Shown here piece by piece: positions 40,366-55,035 of a stretch of 64,000 nt of DNA. Numbering within the stretch: the first letter of the stretch is position 1; each line of letters opens with the position of its first letter. Below the pieces are notes generated by a model. The model was given only the letters and a program-made list of their open reading frames with translations, was not told the DNA's origin and ran no database searches. Made by a program: the position numbers and the translations under genes. The DNA is taken from assembly GCA_964016885.1 (NCBI GenBank), contig OZ024741.1, forward strand, positions 313,658,001 through 313,722,000, given 5' to 3'. The DNA is from Eledone cirrhosa. Its lineage: Eukaryota.

Positions 40366-41525
40366 GTATATCATAAAATTGTTACATGCATACTATGCAC
40401 TCACACACACACACACACACGCACACACACATATCTATTCATATATATTTATTTATACATAAAAATTATATATATACCGTATATGCCGGTGTAAAAGTTG
40501 ATCCGCCGAGTATGTCGATGATTAGTGTACACACACACACACAGACACACACATATATATATATATACATACACACACAGACACACACATATATATATAT
40601 ATACATACACACACACATTTATATATGTATACATACCGTATATGCCGGTTTAAAAGTCCACCCATCAAAGTTGTGGTGTAATTCAGGTTGAGGCCTATAT
40701 ACGCCGGTTAGACGACACTCCAGGTATAAGGCATTACCATCTCCCCAGCCGTAGATATGCTTGCCGTTGTTTATTTGCACAAAATATAAAATATGGATAT
40801 AAACACTAAATAGTTGTAAAATTAAATTTCATCTGAGGAAAGTACAATTTGTAAAATTTATTTTTCATTTAACAAAAAGATTTAACTGAACAGTTTTATT
40901 AGTAAACAACATGCTGCCACACCTTCACTTCATATGCCGTTTAGCACAAGACCACTTTAATCTTGAAATTTAATATAAAATTGTATATATATATATACAT
41001 ATATATATACACAAATACATTTATATATGTAGCGTATATGCCGGTGTAAAAGTTGATCCGCTGCATATCTCGACACATCAAATGTTGTGGTATAAATCAG
41101 GTTTAGGCCTATATACGCCAGTTTAGACGATACCCCTGGTATAAGGGATTACCTTCTCCACAGACTTAGATATGTTTGCCGTTGTTTATTTGCATGAAAT
41201 ATAAAACATTAAAATAAAGACTAAATAGTTGTAAAATAAAAATGCATATCAGGAAAGTACAGGTTGCAAAATGTATGTTTCAGTTAACAAAATGGTTTAA
41301 CTGAAATGTTTTATTAGAAAACAATATCCTACCACACGTGACTTGATACGCGGGAATTTAAAAAACCTCAATATTCCTTATCCAATGTGTATCATCTTAG
41401 ATGTCGATAAATATCTACTGTCGTCCTGTTTTGGTTCATGGTGAAATTACTGTAGTTTTCCGATAATTTAGATAATTCAGTGAATCAGTATACCATTAAT
41501 ATAATAACTATAATATTAATACTAA

Positions 41526-42465
41526 TAGGAATTGCTTATGAGGATAATGCAAGCTATTTACAGTGGTGCTGTCAGTAAAGTGACAATAGAAATGGAGTTT
41601 AGTGAGGAATTCCAGATACAAGTAGGTGTACATCAATGTTCGCTCCACAGCCCAATCTTTTTCATTATAGACAGCCAAGCCATAACAGTGGAGTTTAAGA
41701 CTGGCTGCCCATTGGAACTTCCATATGCTGATGATCTGGTTCTTATAGCAGATTCAGTAGAGGAGCTAGAGAATAAATTCTGGCTATGGAAACAGCAATT
41801 TGAATCAAGAGGCCTGAGAGTGAACATAGCTAAAACAAAAGTGTTGATAAGTGGAAGAGAGGACAATGCTCTGATTCCCTCATGGAATTGGCCATGTTAG
41901 ATATATAGGAAAGGAACTAGCATCAATTCCATAAAATGTACACAATGCTGACCTTGGAGACACAATAGATGTAGTGGGATAGCAGCCAAACTAGCAGGTG
42001 GGGAAAACTTCGTATGCAATAGATGTACAGGGAAAGTTGACAGTAGTAATCACTGTGATAGACTCATTTTTCCAATGCAGGTGGGTTCTATAGAAGTGGT
42101 TGATAGCTTCCGGTACCCAGGTGATAACATACGCATGGGAGCAGGGTGTTTCGCGTCCATATTATCTAGAATAAGGACGGGTTGGAAGAAGTTTATGGAG
42201 TTTCTCCCTGTTTTGTTTCGTGGGGAAATTACAGTAGTTTTCCGATAATTTAGATAATTCAGTTAATCAGTATACCATTAACATAGTAACTATAATATTA
42301 ATACAAATAGGACTGCTTCTGAGGACAATGCAAGCTATGTACAGGGGTGCGGTCAGTAAAGTAACAATCGAAATGGAGTTTAGTGAGGAATTCCAGATAC
42401 ACGTAGGTGTACATCAAGGTTCTCTCCTCAGCCCAAACTTGTTCATTATAGTCCCCCAACCATAA
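41526..42465 (+). mobile_element. RTE-like LINE fragment
   Basis: Paralog of 7622-8560. Confidence 0.8.
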
Positions 42466-42671
42466 CATAATGTTATTAACATTGCATTTAATTGAACTAA
42501 AAATCCTAGTATTGTTTATAAAGGATCGATATAATATTCAATAAATCTACAACTTCATTTGTTTAGCACAATACCAGATTTAATCTTGAAATTCGATATA
42601 AAATTATATCATTGATATATGTATGTAATTAATGATATCTTCAACATTATCATATATCTTGAAAATTGTAG

Positions 42672-42806
42672 AATGCCCAGAAGGAAAGTTTGGTCTTGCT
42701 TGTAATAGGACCTGCCATTGTATCAACAACGCGAACTGTGACAAGCGATATGGAATATGTTTAGATGGATGTTCTGCAGGTTATACTGGTTTCAATTGCC
42801 AAGAAG
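42672..42806 (+). CDS. EGF-module exon (class B, copy 2)
   Basis: aaaattgtag| (weakened pyrimidine tract) ...|gtatct; ECPEGKFGLACNRTCHCINNANCDKRYGICLDGCSAGYTGFNCQE. Confidence 0.75.
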
Positions 42807-42861
42807 GTATCTCATATAATTTTTACGCAAGTATTATACACACGCACACACACACACACAC

Positions 42862-42981
<120 letters not shown>

Positions 42982-42991
42982 ACACAGACAC

Positions 42992-43040
<49 letters not shown>

Positions 43041-43494
43041 ACTACATATATATATATACCGTATATGCCGGTGTAAAAGTTGATCCGCTGCATATCTCGA
43101 CCTAATCAAATCATGTGGTAAAAATCAGGTTTAGGCCTATACACCCCAGTTTAGACGACAACATTGGTATAAGGGATTACCTTCTCCTCAGCCTTAGATA
43201 TGTTTGCCGTTGTTTATTTGCATAAAACAGAAAACATTAAAATCAACACTAATTAGTCGTAAAATAAAAAATGCCTGTGAAGAAAGTAAAAGTTGCAAAA
43301 TTTATTTTTCAGTTAACAAAATGATTTAACTGAACTGATTTATTAGTAAACAATATCCTACGACACCGTGACTTAATACGCGTGAATTTTAAAAACCTAA
43401 ATATTCCTTATCCAATGTGTATCTGCTTAGATGGCGATATATATTTACTTTCGTCATGTTTTGTCTCATGGGAAACTACAGTAGTTTTCCGATA

Positions 43495-43855
43495 AGCATG
43501 GGAGGAGGGTGTTCCGCGTCCTTAGTATCTAGAATAAGGACGAATTGGAAGAAGTTTATGGAGCTTCTTCCTCTGTTGACAAAGAAGCGTTTCTCCATGC
43601 GTACAAAGGGACGGTTATATGATACCTGTGTGAGATGAGAGGTTGCTGCATGGTAGTTAGAAATGGATAGCAACTGCTGAAGAAGTGCCAGGAAGTCCAA
43701 GTGGAGCGAAGACGCAGTGGAGGTATATCACGAAAAACATGGGCGGTGCCGGTGAAACTCACCAAGGAGATGACAAAGGACCGTAACAGGTTGGGAGATG
43801 ATGTGCTGAATAGAACCCGTCCAACTATTGCAAGCAGGGAAAAGCGGGCGGAAAA
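43495..43855 (+). mobile_element. RTE-like LINE short internal/3' fragment
   Basis: SRIRTNWKKFMELLPLLTKKRFSMRTKGRLYDTCVR. Confidence 0.75.
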
Positions 43856-44262
43856 TGATAATAAATAAAAATGCATGTGAAGAAAGTACAATTTGCCAAA
43901 TAAACTTTTCAGTTAACAAAATGATTTAACTGAACAGTTTTATTAGTAAACAACATGCTACCACACCATCACTTGATACGGGGTAAATTGAAAAAGCTAA
44001 ATATTCCTTATCCCATGTGTATCATTATTACGTGGCGATATGATTTTACATTCGACCTGTTTTGTTGAGTGGCGAAATTACCGGAGATTTTCAGATAGTT
44101 TAGATAATTCAGTGAAGCAATATACCATTCATATTATAACTATGATATTCATGATAATATTATAGATATATATGTGTATATATATATATATGTATGTATA
44201 TATGTATTTATGTATGTATGTGTGTGTGTATGTGTGTATGTATACATTTATATATATACGGT

Positions 44263-44304
<42 letters not shown>

Positions 44305-44508
44305 TGTGTGCGTGTGTGTGTGTCTGTTTTTATTTACATGTAGGAATGTCGCAAACACATATCGTAGTAACTGGTAGAATATGATAATATTTGGAACGAT
44401 TATATATCATTTGTTTCTTATAATACTCTTTGTTTCTTTCATGATGTTTTAAACATTGCCGTTAACTGAACTAAAAATCCATGTATGTTTTATAGAGAAT
44501 CGTTATAA

Positions 44509-45112
44509 TCAATATATATGAAACCTTGGATGTATATCTGTGTTTGTGTGTGTCTGTGAGTTTGAATCCCTAACACTCTAGAAGTACCGAACCGATTTTT
44601 TCAAAGTTTACATCTGTATTACGTATGTTTCAGGGAATGTTATGCACGTACAATTCAACTTTGTTCATCCCCTAGGACCCGCATTAGGTGAAAAAGTGTG
44701 TTTTATTTCAGATTTTAGGGGTATCTTGATGCTTTACGTCAGACCGAATTTCTTGAAATTGTAACTATGTATTATTCAGTCTCTTTTTATACCGGTAGCA
44801 AAGACAATCCAACTTTATTATTGCCTATGGCCCGCAGTAGGTGAGCAACTTCATTTTTTCAGGCATATTTTTCAAGGCATATTATGCACATGAAAACAAT
44901 TCATTTTCTTGATTCCCTAAGGCCCACATTAGCTGAAAACCTGTATTTTTCCTCATTCATCGAGGAAAATCTCAAAGATTATCCAGCCATCAGAATATAC
45001 GGTTTATTTTCTTTACATATTGTCCGGGCATGCAGTTTTTCCACGATTAAGGCTGTTGGTGGCCCGCGTTCTAAAATACCTTATCCCGTGCAACGCCCGC
45101 TACCACTGCTGG
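44509..45112 (+). mobile_element. Non-autonomous Helitron (paralog)
   Basis: Near-identical to 10277-10880. Confidence 0.75.
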
Positions 45113-45237
45113 TATTCAATAAATATACACATTCATTTTTTACCACAAGACCACTTTAAGCGTAACATTTTGTATAAAATTGTATCATTTATAATTAATG
45201 ATATATGCAACAATATCACATATAGTGATATTTTCAG

Positions 45238-45372
45238 AATGCAGAGCAGGAAGGTTTGGTGTTGCTTGTAATGGGACATGCCATTGTATCAACAGCATAA
45301 ACTGAGCCAAGCGAAATGGAACATGTTCAGATGGATGTTCTGCAGGTTATACTGTTGTCAATTGCCAAGAAG
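45238..45372 (+). pseudogene. Dead EGF exon (class F, copy 2)
   Basis: Donor GT>AT; a different Cys TGT>TGA (ATA AAC TGA) from the 11006 copy. Confidence 0.85.
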
Positions 45373-45833
45373 ATATCTCATAAACTTGTTGCGTACTTAC
45401 TAAACACACACACACACATACACACAACTATATACCCAACCCACACACACACATATACATGTATATATATATATATATAAATGGAATAGAATGAAACGAA
45501 ATTTCATTTCTCACTCTTAGTACGGCACTGACTTCGCCTTTCATCCTTACGTGGTCGATAAAATAAAGTACCAGTAATGTACTGGAATAATTGCTGGCCT
45601 TGTGCCAAAAGTAGAAACAATTATCTATGTATACGTACATACATATATGTATACATACGTACAGAAATATGTATATATATACATACATTTGTACAAAGAA
45701 ACAAACCGAGCATCATAATAAATGTTCGGTAAACCGATACCTGCATGTATATATGTGTGCATGTACGTATATATATATACATACTACTGTACGTGTATAC
45801 ATATATGTATGTACGTATACATGCATACATACA

Positions 45834-45872
<39 letters not shown>

Positions 45873-45876
<4 letters not shown>

Positions 45877-48400
45877 TATATATAGTTATACTTGAGGAGG
45901 GTCATGTTGTTGTAATAACTTTGCCAGAAATAATAACAGAACACATTCACGCTTTGGTTGGTTTTCGCTTTGTATGTTTTATATCTCCATAGTTAATTCA
46001 TTCGGCAATCAATGTTTATCACTGATTCACTAACGGTCAAAAATACAGATATAAATACATATATATAGTCTAAAAAAGTTCTTTCGTTTCACATCTGCAA
46101 CATCATCAGTGGTACTATTATGTATCACTCCTGCTGTATTACAAGTCTACGCCATTTATATTTTATCTTTTTATTTATTTATTTTTATTTATTTTTGTCT
46201 TCGTACCTGCGCATGCGTTTGTTTGGTGTGTTTGTTCGCGTTTGGGTGACTGTGTTTTGGTTACTGTATTCTATCTTAATTTATTAGTGTGTCTTTATAT
46301 GTGTTTTTTGTTATTGTGCTTGTGTATTTATTCATTTATTTATATATATATTTATATTTCTCTTAAGTCAGTATTGTTTGTTTGGGTGTTGTTATTCCAT
46401 TAATTTTTTTCTGTTTAACTTTCTCTTTTTAAGCTCTGTCGCGCTTGACTCTCTGATTTGCCTACCTGCTGGCTCATTTCTATTTTTTAGATATTATTTT
46501 AATTTCTATGTTGACTATGTTACCGTCATGTTGTCTGGCATGTTCGTAGGTACTGAACCTGTTTTTTTGCTCTTTTAATTCCCCCCAGTGTTGGTCTATA
46601 CTTTCTCCTATGCATCGAGCTGTCTCGCCTATGTATGGTGTTGTGATGTTTCTGCAAGTAGCCTCTGTACATCTTATGCTATAGACTACATTTCTAGTTT
46701 TACAGTTTATCTGGGGATTTACTTTACATATAGTACACTTCTCATAAGTATAGTGGGTTTTGTTGAAAGTGTGTTTTGCTGATCAGGGATTCCATGGTAG
46801 TTACTGGTTTTTCTAACACTTTACTCATTAAGTGGGTCTTTCTCAGGACCATTCTACATTGGTTAGCTAATTTCCCTCCAGGGGTAGCGTCCACGTATAT
46901 GACAATCTGGCATCTCGGGTTGTGGTACCATGAGGTGGCTTTGCCTATCTTTTGCTTAGTCCTATCTAAGCTATTCCATGATTTGCTCCTGTATAATGGG
47001 CAAATTACTTTCATGTCCAGTTCTATGAGGGTCTTATACTTCTCAGTGTTTACTTTGTATACACGGATTCTGTCTCTTTGGTTGTAGCCAGAGAAATGCC
47101 TGCGCTTTATGAAGTGTTTGATGTGTCTTTCCATTTATCTTGGGTCGCTCATGCGGAACACGTTCTTCATCACTCGTACCAAGTCTGCGATCAGAAGATT
47201 AAACTTAGCACTACTGAACATTGCTGTGTATTTGAGTAACAGGTATTTGGAGGCCATGGGTTTAGCGTAGTGTGAGTGGGCAATTTGGGACCTATCGTAT
47301 ATAGTGTTAATCCAGAATTCCGTGTCTAATACAGGTAGTCTATTATTAGGTTGATTGGAAGGGTATTCAATAGTTACAGTTATACTCTGGTGTATGGAGT
47401 TAGCTATCTGCTGGATTTTTTCCATTGTGGTACATTCTAATTGTTATTCGTTACTATTCTCTTGTGGCAGTGTCCTTATTACTATATTTAATATTGTCTA
47501 CGTAAGGAGAGTACAGGATGTATTCTATGGAGCTCACTTCAAGGAGATTTTTGAGTCTCAATTCCCACCAATCCATAAAAAGGTTGGCAACATCACCAAC
47601 TATGCTGATCCAAATCGTTGTTGCCTCATTTCGGGTGTAGATCTTTACGTTGAATTTGAATATATAGCCCTTTAGGCTAGTTTTAATACTAGCCGCATTG
47701 CATGCAAAACCATTTTCCTTACCTGATCATTGTTTTCGGGTGTTGGTATGGCTTTAGTCTACCCAATTCACTCTCCCATGGGAGTCATTTTTGCCATTGA
47801 GTTTATGGTGGGGGGTCTTCCTCTTATGGTTCTACTAGGGAAGAAACGGCTAAGAACACGGCTGTCTAAGTACACGGTGTCATAGGGAAGTCTTAGTAGG
47901 AGGCCTAATTCATCTGCGTCGACGTCGCAGACCTCAACCTCACTCACACTGATTATCTCCACACATGTTTCCACAGCAAAATCAATATTAATGGATGGGT
48001 ATATTGGTACAACGTCCATACTGCGTATTATGCAGTTAGATAGGTTTTAGTTTTTGTTGCACTCATTGATTCTCCTGAGGAGGTCTTCTGTACTGTCACA
48101 TAAATCTGGGAACATCTTGATTATGGGGCGTATAACCACTGGGAGGAACTAGGAGATCCTGTAGTTGCTAGCGATATTGGCTCCGCATATAAGTCTTGTT
48201 GGTAGTCCAGTTGTCTGGTCGGCGACTGTCTTATGGTCTTTGCGGAGCACATAAAGTGTGGTAATTCATTGTTAGACGCGTAGATGTTCTTAGCAGTGGG
48301 TCTGCTTGGCTTTAGGGTGACGGTCCTCATTATTATGTGATCGTTGACGATCTCCTCTCACCCCTCATGTGTTTGTTGTGTAATTTTTCCTGGATATATA
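45873..48400 (-). mobile_element. Penelope-like A
   Basis: MDVVPIYPSIN (PLE RT DVxSLYPSI motif), LPVLD. Confidence 0.82.
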
Positions 48401-48890
48401 TTTGTCTGAGTTTGTGCGTGTGTGTGTGTGTTTATTTCAATGTAGAAATGTCGCAAATATATATCGTAGTAACAGATAAAATATGGTGTAAATTTGAAGG
48501 TTATATCTAAGTTTTACCTTCTCCCCAGCCATAGATATGTTTGTCGTTGTTTATTTGCATAAAACAGAAAATATTAAAATAATCACTAAATAGTTGTAAA
48601 ATAAAAATGCATGTGAAGAAAGTACAAGTTGCAAAATGTAAGTTTCAATTAACAAAATGGTTTAACTGAACTGTTTTATTAGTAAACAATATCCTACCAC
48701 ACGTGACCTGATACGCGGGAATTGTAAAAATCTAAATATTCCTTATCCAATGTGTATCATCTTAGAGGGCGATATATATTTACTGTCGTCCTGTTTTGTT
48801 TCCTGGGGAAATTACACTAGTTTTCCGATAATTTAGATAATTCAGTTAATCAGTATTCTATTAATATAGTAACTAGAATATTAATACTAA

Positions 48891-50047
48891 TAGGAATCGC
48901 TTGTGAGGACAATGCAAGATACGTACAGTGGTGCTGTCAGTAAAGTGACAAGAGAAATGGAGTTTAGTGAGGAATTCCAGATACAAGCAGGTGTACATCA
49001 ATGTCGCTCCTCAGTCCAATCTTTTTCATTATAGACCTCCAAGCCATGACAGGCGAGTTTAAGACTGGCTGCCCATGGGAACATCTATATGCTGATGATC
49101 TGGTTCTTATATCAGATTGAGTACAGGAGCTAGAGAATAAATGCTGGCTATGGAAACAGTAATTTGAATCAAGAGGCCTGAGAGAGAACATAGCTAAAAC
49201 AAAAGTGTTGATAAGTGGAAGAGAGGACAATGCTCTGATTCTATCAGGGAAATGGCCATGTTAGATATATAGAAAAGGAACTGGCATAAATTCCATAAAA
49301 TATACACAATGCTGATCTTGGAGACACAATTGATGTAGTGGGTTAGCAGGCAAACTAACAGGTAGGGAAAACTACGTATGCAATTGATGTACAGGGAAAG
49401 TTGGCAGTAGTAATTACTGTGATAGACTCATTTTTCCAATGCAGGTGGGTTCTATAGAAGTGGCTGATAGCTTCCGGTACCCAGGTGATAAGATACGCGT
49501 GGGAGGAGGGTGTTCCGCGTCCATATTATCTAGAATAAGGGCGGATTGGAAGAAGTTTATGGAGTTTCTTCCTCTGTTGATAAAGAAGCGGTTCTCCATG
49601 CGTACAAATGGGCGGTCATATGATACATGTGTGAGATGCGACGATACTGTATGGTAGTTAGAAATGGACAACAACTGCTGAAGATATACGACGACTGGAG
49701 AGAAATGAAGCAAGTATGTTCCGTTGGAATGTGCAATTGTAATGTGCGTGAACGACCAAGCATAGACGAGTTGAGAAGTAAACTGGGTATAAGAGGGATA
49801 CATTGTAGTGTGCAGGAGAGAACGTTGAGACGGTATGGACATATGATGTGCATGGAGGATGAGCGCTGTGTGAAGAAGTGCCAGGAAGTCCAAGTGGAGG
49901 GAAGACGCAGTAGGGGTAGACCAGGAAGAACATGTGCGGGGCTGGTGCAAGTCAACGAGGAGATGACAAAGGACCGTGACAAGTGAGGAGCGCTGTGCTG
50001 AATAGGACCCGTCCAACCATTGCTAGCTGGGAAAAGCGGGCGGAAAA
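48891..50047 (+). mobile_element. RTE-like LINE fragment
   Basis: Paralog of 13574-14730. Confidence 0.8.
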
Positions 50048-50099
50048 ATTATAATAAATAAAAATGCTTGTGAAGAAAGTACAATTTAGAAAATATACT

Positions 50100-50130
<31 letters not shown>

Positions 50131-50584
50131 GTGTTTATTTCAAAGTAAAAATGTAGCAAATACATATCGTAGTAACTGATAAAATATGGTGTAAATTTGA
50201 AGGTTTATATATGTTGTTTCTCATGGTATTGTTTGTTTCTTTCATTATGTTGTATATATATATTATATGTATATATATGTATGTATGTATGTATGTATAT
50301 ATAAGTACGTATGTATATATGTGTATGTGTGTATGTATGCATTTATATATATATATATAACATATATATATACAATATACATTATATATATGTAAAAGGT
50401 AAACGGAAATATCAAGACAATCGGTACAGTATATGGAAGGGATATATTAGGTTAACGTTTGATATAGCAGAAATAGCGTCTCAGCATTTTGGACACTAGT
50501 CCTCCATTAGAAGAAAGAATGAGAAATAAGATAGATTGAGGGGGCAGTTGAGTTGGAATTGAAATAAAAATAACAGGTTCATCT

Positions 50585-50638
50585 GAACATGTTCAGATGG
50601 ATGTTCTGCAGGTTATATTGGTGTCAATTGCCAAGAAG
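50585..50638 (+). pseudogene. 5'-truncated EGF exon, copy 4
   Basis: Same junction; Cys codon retained but donor GT>CT. Confidence 0.8.
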
Positions 50639-51286
50639 CTATCTCATAAAATTGTTACGTACTTACTATACACACACACATTCACGCACACGCACACGCA
50701 CACACACATACACACACACACCAATGCACACGCACATACACACACACACACACACACACATCTATTCGTATATATTTAATTATATATAAAAAAATTATAT
50801 ATATACATTATATGCCGGTATGAAAGTTGATGCGCTGCATAAGTCGACATCAAATTTTGTGGTGTAATTCAGATTGAGGCCTATATACGCCGGTTGAGAC
50901 GCACCCCAGGTATAAGGCTTTACCATCTCCTCAGCCGTAGATGTGATTGCCGTTGTTTATTTGCACAAAATATGAAATATGGAAATAAATACTAAATAGT
51001 TGTAAAGTTAAAATGCATGTGAGGACAGTACAATTTGTAAAATTTATATTTCATTTCACAAAAAGATTTAACTGAACTGTTTTATTAGTAAACAACATGC
51101 TACCACACCGTCACTTGATATGCGCTAATTTGAAAAACCTAAATATTCCTTATCCAATGTGTATCAGCATTACATGGCGATATAATATTATTTCGACCTG
51201 TTTGTTTTGTTGGGAAATCACAGCAGATTTTCCAAAAGTTTCGATAATTCAGTGAATCAGTATACCATTAATCTTATAACTATGAT

Positions 51287-51838
51287 AGGTTAAATGTGGG
51301 GTTACAAGGTGTTAGAGGCTTGGTTGTATCAGATATTTTCAGTTTTTAGAATGGTAAGTCCTTCTTTAATAATGCTAGTGAGTGCAGATTCTGTTGTTTA
51401 TTTGTATCTTTTGTGCAGTTCACGACGTATACAATTATTGTATGTATTAAGTCTCATGTTGTATATGCTTCATGTTTTGTCCGCTTTTACTATAATACCG
51501 TTGGTGTTGCGTAGTTCTTTTAAAAGTGTATTGATGTCGTTTTACAATTTCTTGTGATGTGTCCGTACTTTGAATTTGGTTCCACCTATCATGTTCATGA
51601 GGTCGAGTTCGAAGGCATCGAGCTGTGGGTTATTCGGAGGATTTTTGCAGGATTTGAATCCGTATTTTTTCCTAGTAAATTCCTGCGTGTTATTAGCGTG
51701 TCCTTTATCATAATGATAGGCCTTCCATCGGATTCGACGGATGAAGTCATTAGTCCTTGTTAGTATGTATAAGTATGTTTTTCAATGACATACCTATGTG
51801 GTGCTTTTCCATTTTAGTGCCGTGCGTTAAAGTTGTTG
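51287..51838 (-). mobile_element. Penelope-like B internal fragment
   Basis: Matches ~19330-19880. Confidence 0.75.
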
Positions 51839-52610
51839 TGTAATATTGTGGTGTAATTCAGATTGAAGCCTATAGACACCGGTTGATACGACACCCCAGG
51901 TATAAGCCATTACCATCTGCGCAGCCGCAGATATTCTTGCCGTTAACAAAATGTTTTAACTGAAGTGTTTTATTAGTAAACAATATACTATCACACCATC
52001 ACTTGATAGGCGGAATTTTTAAAAACCTAAATACTCTTTATCCAGTGTGTATCATTGTTACGTGGCGATATAATTTTACTTTCGACCTGTTTTGTTTCGC
52101 GGGGAAATTACCGGAGATTTTCCGATAGTTTAGATAATTCAGTGAATCAGTATACCATTCATATTATAACTATGATATTCATGATAATATTATAGATATA
52201 TATGTGTGTATATATGTAAATATGTATGTATTTATGTATGTATGTGTGTGTGTGTATGTGTGTATGTATGTATATATATATATACAGTATATTATTGTAG
52301 AATATGGTAATATTTGGAATGATTATATATGATATTTTTCTTATAGTATTGTTTGTTACTTTCCTAATGTTATTAACATTGCATTTAATTGAACTAAAAA
52401 TCCGATGTTTTTTTATAAAGGATCGATATATTATTCAATAAATCTACAACTTCATTTGTTTAGCACAAGACCACTTTAATCTTGAAATTTGATATAAAAT
52501 TGTAACATTGATATATGTATGTAATTAATGATATCTTCAACATTATCATATATATTGATAATTTTAGTATATATTGATAACATTATCATATATATTGATA
52601 ATTTTAGAAT

Positions 52611-53006
52611 TTTAAAATTAATGATTTTAGCTTTTAGAGAATCTCCCTTTTCTTCAATTCTATCGACCATGACTGACCTCCCCCCACTGATCTTATAGAC
52701 ATATGTTAGCTTAAGAGAAACTTAATGACAAGGAATGGTTTGCCATGCGGAACCTGTTTATAGAATTCTGTCTGCCCTTGTTACTCTAAAAACATAAATA
52801 AATAAAAATAAACTATAGCTTTGTAGAATTAGCTTTTAATGAATTCCCTTTTCTATCAACCAATGACCTACACCCATCCCACTCCCCACCCTCTCCTACC
52901 ACTTGTAGAGACCTATAAATACCATTTTTATTTTTTGATACCCAGACTCCTGATGATTTTTAAAGAATGAAACAGTTCTAGTCCTGTAGAATCTCATCTA
53001 TATTAA

Positions 53007-53010
<4 letters not shown>
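52611..53010 (+). mobile_element. Unique ~400-bp insert, probably a Penelope-like terminal repeat of a third family
   Basis: No paralog in window; contains hammerhead; ends in (TA)n; replaces an exon. Confidence 0.5.
52944..52994 (+). ncRNA. Candidate type I hammerhead ribozyme
   Basis: agactc CTGATGA tttttaaagaat GAA ACAG ttctagtc CTGT A gaatct; stem III 4 bp, stem I 5/6 pairs, stem II weak. Confidence 0.55.
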
Positions 53011-53073
<63 letters not shown>

Positions 53074-53273
53074 TATATATGTATATGTATATCTATAGCT
53101 AACAAGCTTGAAACTAGTACTTCGTTCCTGTGTCATTGTTGAACAAAAAGGTGACGTGGTTGCCAGAACACTGTACGGCGTAAATCAGGCTGTTCGTTTG
53201 TTTACAAACGAACAAAGCGAACATTATAACAAATGTTCGGTAAACTGATACGTGCATATATATATATGTGTGC

Positions 53274-53311
<38 letters not shown>

Positions 53312-53890
53312 TACTGTACGTCTGTATACATATATGTATGTACGTATACATACATACTTACATTTGAATATATATATGTATATACATAAATACATTTATA
53401 TATATACCGTATATGCCGGTGTAAAAGTTGATCCACTGCATATGTCGACCAATCAAATGTTGTGGTACAAATCAGGTTTAGACCTATATACGCCAGTTTA
53501 GACGACACCCCTTGTATAAGGGATTACCTTCTCCCCAGCCGTAGATATATTTGCCGTTGTTTATTTGAATAAAATAGAAAACATTAATATAAACACTAAT
53601 TGTAAAATAAAAATGCATGTGAAGAAAATACAAGTTGCAAAATGTATGTTTCAGTTAACAAAATGATTTAACTGAACTGTTTTATTAGTAAACAATATCC
53701 TACCACACCGTGACTTGATACGTGGGAATTTTAAAAACCTAAGTATTCCTTATCCAATGTCTATCAGCTTAGATGGCGATATATATTTACTTTCGTCCTG
53801 TTATGTTTCGTGGGCAAATTACAGTAGTTTTTCGATAATTTAGATAATTCAGTGAATCAGTATACCATTAATATAATAATTAATACTTAC

Positions 53891-55035
53891 AGGAATCGCT
53901 TGTGAGGACAATGTATGCAATGTACAGGGGTGCTGTATGTAAAGTGATAATAGAAATGTAGTTTGAGAGGAATTCCATATAAAAGTAGATGTACATCAAG
54001 GTTCGCTCCTCAGCCCAATCTTGTTCATTATAGTCCTCCAAGCCATAACAGAGGAATTTAAGTCTGGCTGCCCATGGAATCTTCTCTATGCTGATGATCT
54101 GGTTCTTATAGTAGATTCAGTAGAGGACCTAGAGAATAAATTATGTCTATGGAAACAGCAGTTGGAATCAAGAGGCCTGAGACTGAACATAGCTAAACAA
54201 AAGCGTTGACAAGTAGAATAGAGGACAATGCCCTGATTCCATCGGGGAATTGGCCATGATAGATATATAGGAAAGGAACTGAGATAAATTCCATAAAATC
54301 TACGCAATGCTGATCTTGGAGACACAAGAGATGTAGTGGGAGAGCGAGCAAACTAACAGGTCGGGAAAACTACGTATGCAATAGAGGTACAGGGAAAGTT
54401 GGCAGTAGTACTTGCTGTGATAGACTTATTTTTCCAATGCAGGTGGGTTCTATAGAAGAGGTTGTTAGCTTCCGGTACCTAGGTGATGAATGATATAAGC
54501 ATGGGAGGAGGGTGTTCCGCGTCCATCTAGAATAAGGACGGGTTGTATGAAGTTTTGGAGCTACTTCTTCTGTTGACAAAAAACGTTTCTCCCTGCGTAG
54601 AAAATGACGGTTATATGATACATGTGTGAGATGCGAGGATGCTCCATGGTAGTTAACAATGGACAGCAACTGCTGAAGATTTGCGACGGCTGGAGAGAAA
54701 TGAAGCAAGTATGCTACGTTGGATGTGCAATTTTAACGTGCGTGAACGACCAAGCATAGACGAGTTGAGAAGGAAACTGGGTATAAGAGGGATAAGTTGT
54801 GGTGTGCAGGAGAGAAGTCTGAGATGGTATGGACATATGATGTGCATGGAGGATGAGCGCTGGGTGAATGAGTGCCAGGAAGTCCAAGTGGAGGGAAGAC
54901 GCAGTAGAGGTTGACCACAAAAAACATGTTGGTGAAACTCACCGAGGAGCTGACAAAGGACCGTGACAAGTGGGGAGATGCTGTGCTGAGTAGGGCCCGT
55001 CCAACCATTGCAAGCAGGGAAAAGTGGGCGGAAAA
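53891..55035 (+). mobile_element. RTE-like LINE fragment (least decayed)
   Basis: CPWNLLYADDLVLI; RRLERNEASMLRWMCN...SLRWYGHMM. Confidence 0.82.
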
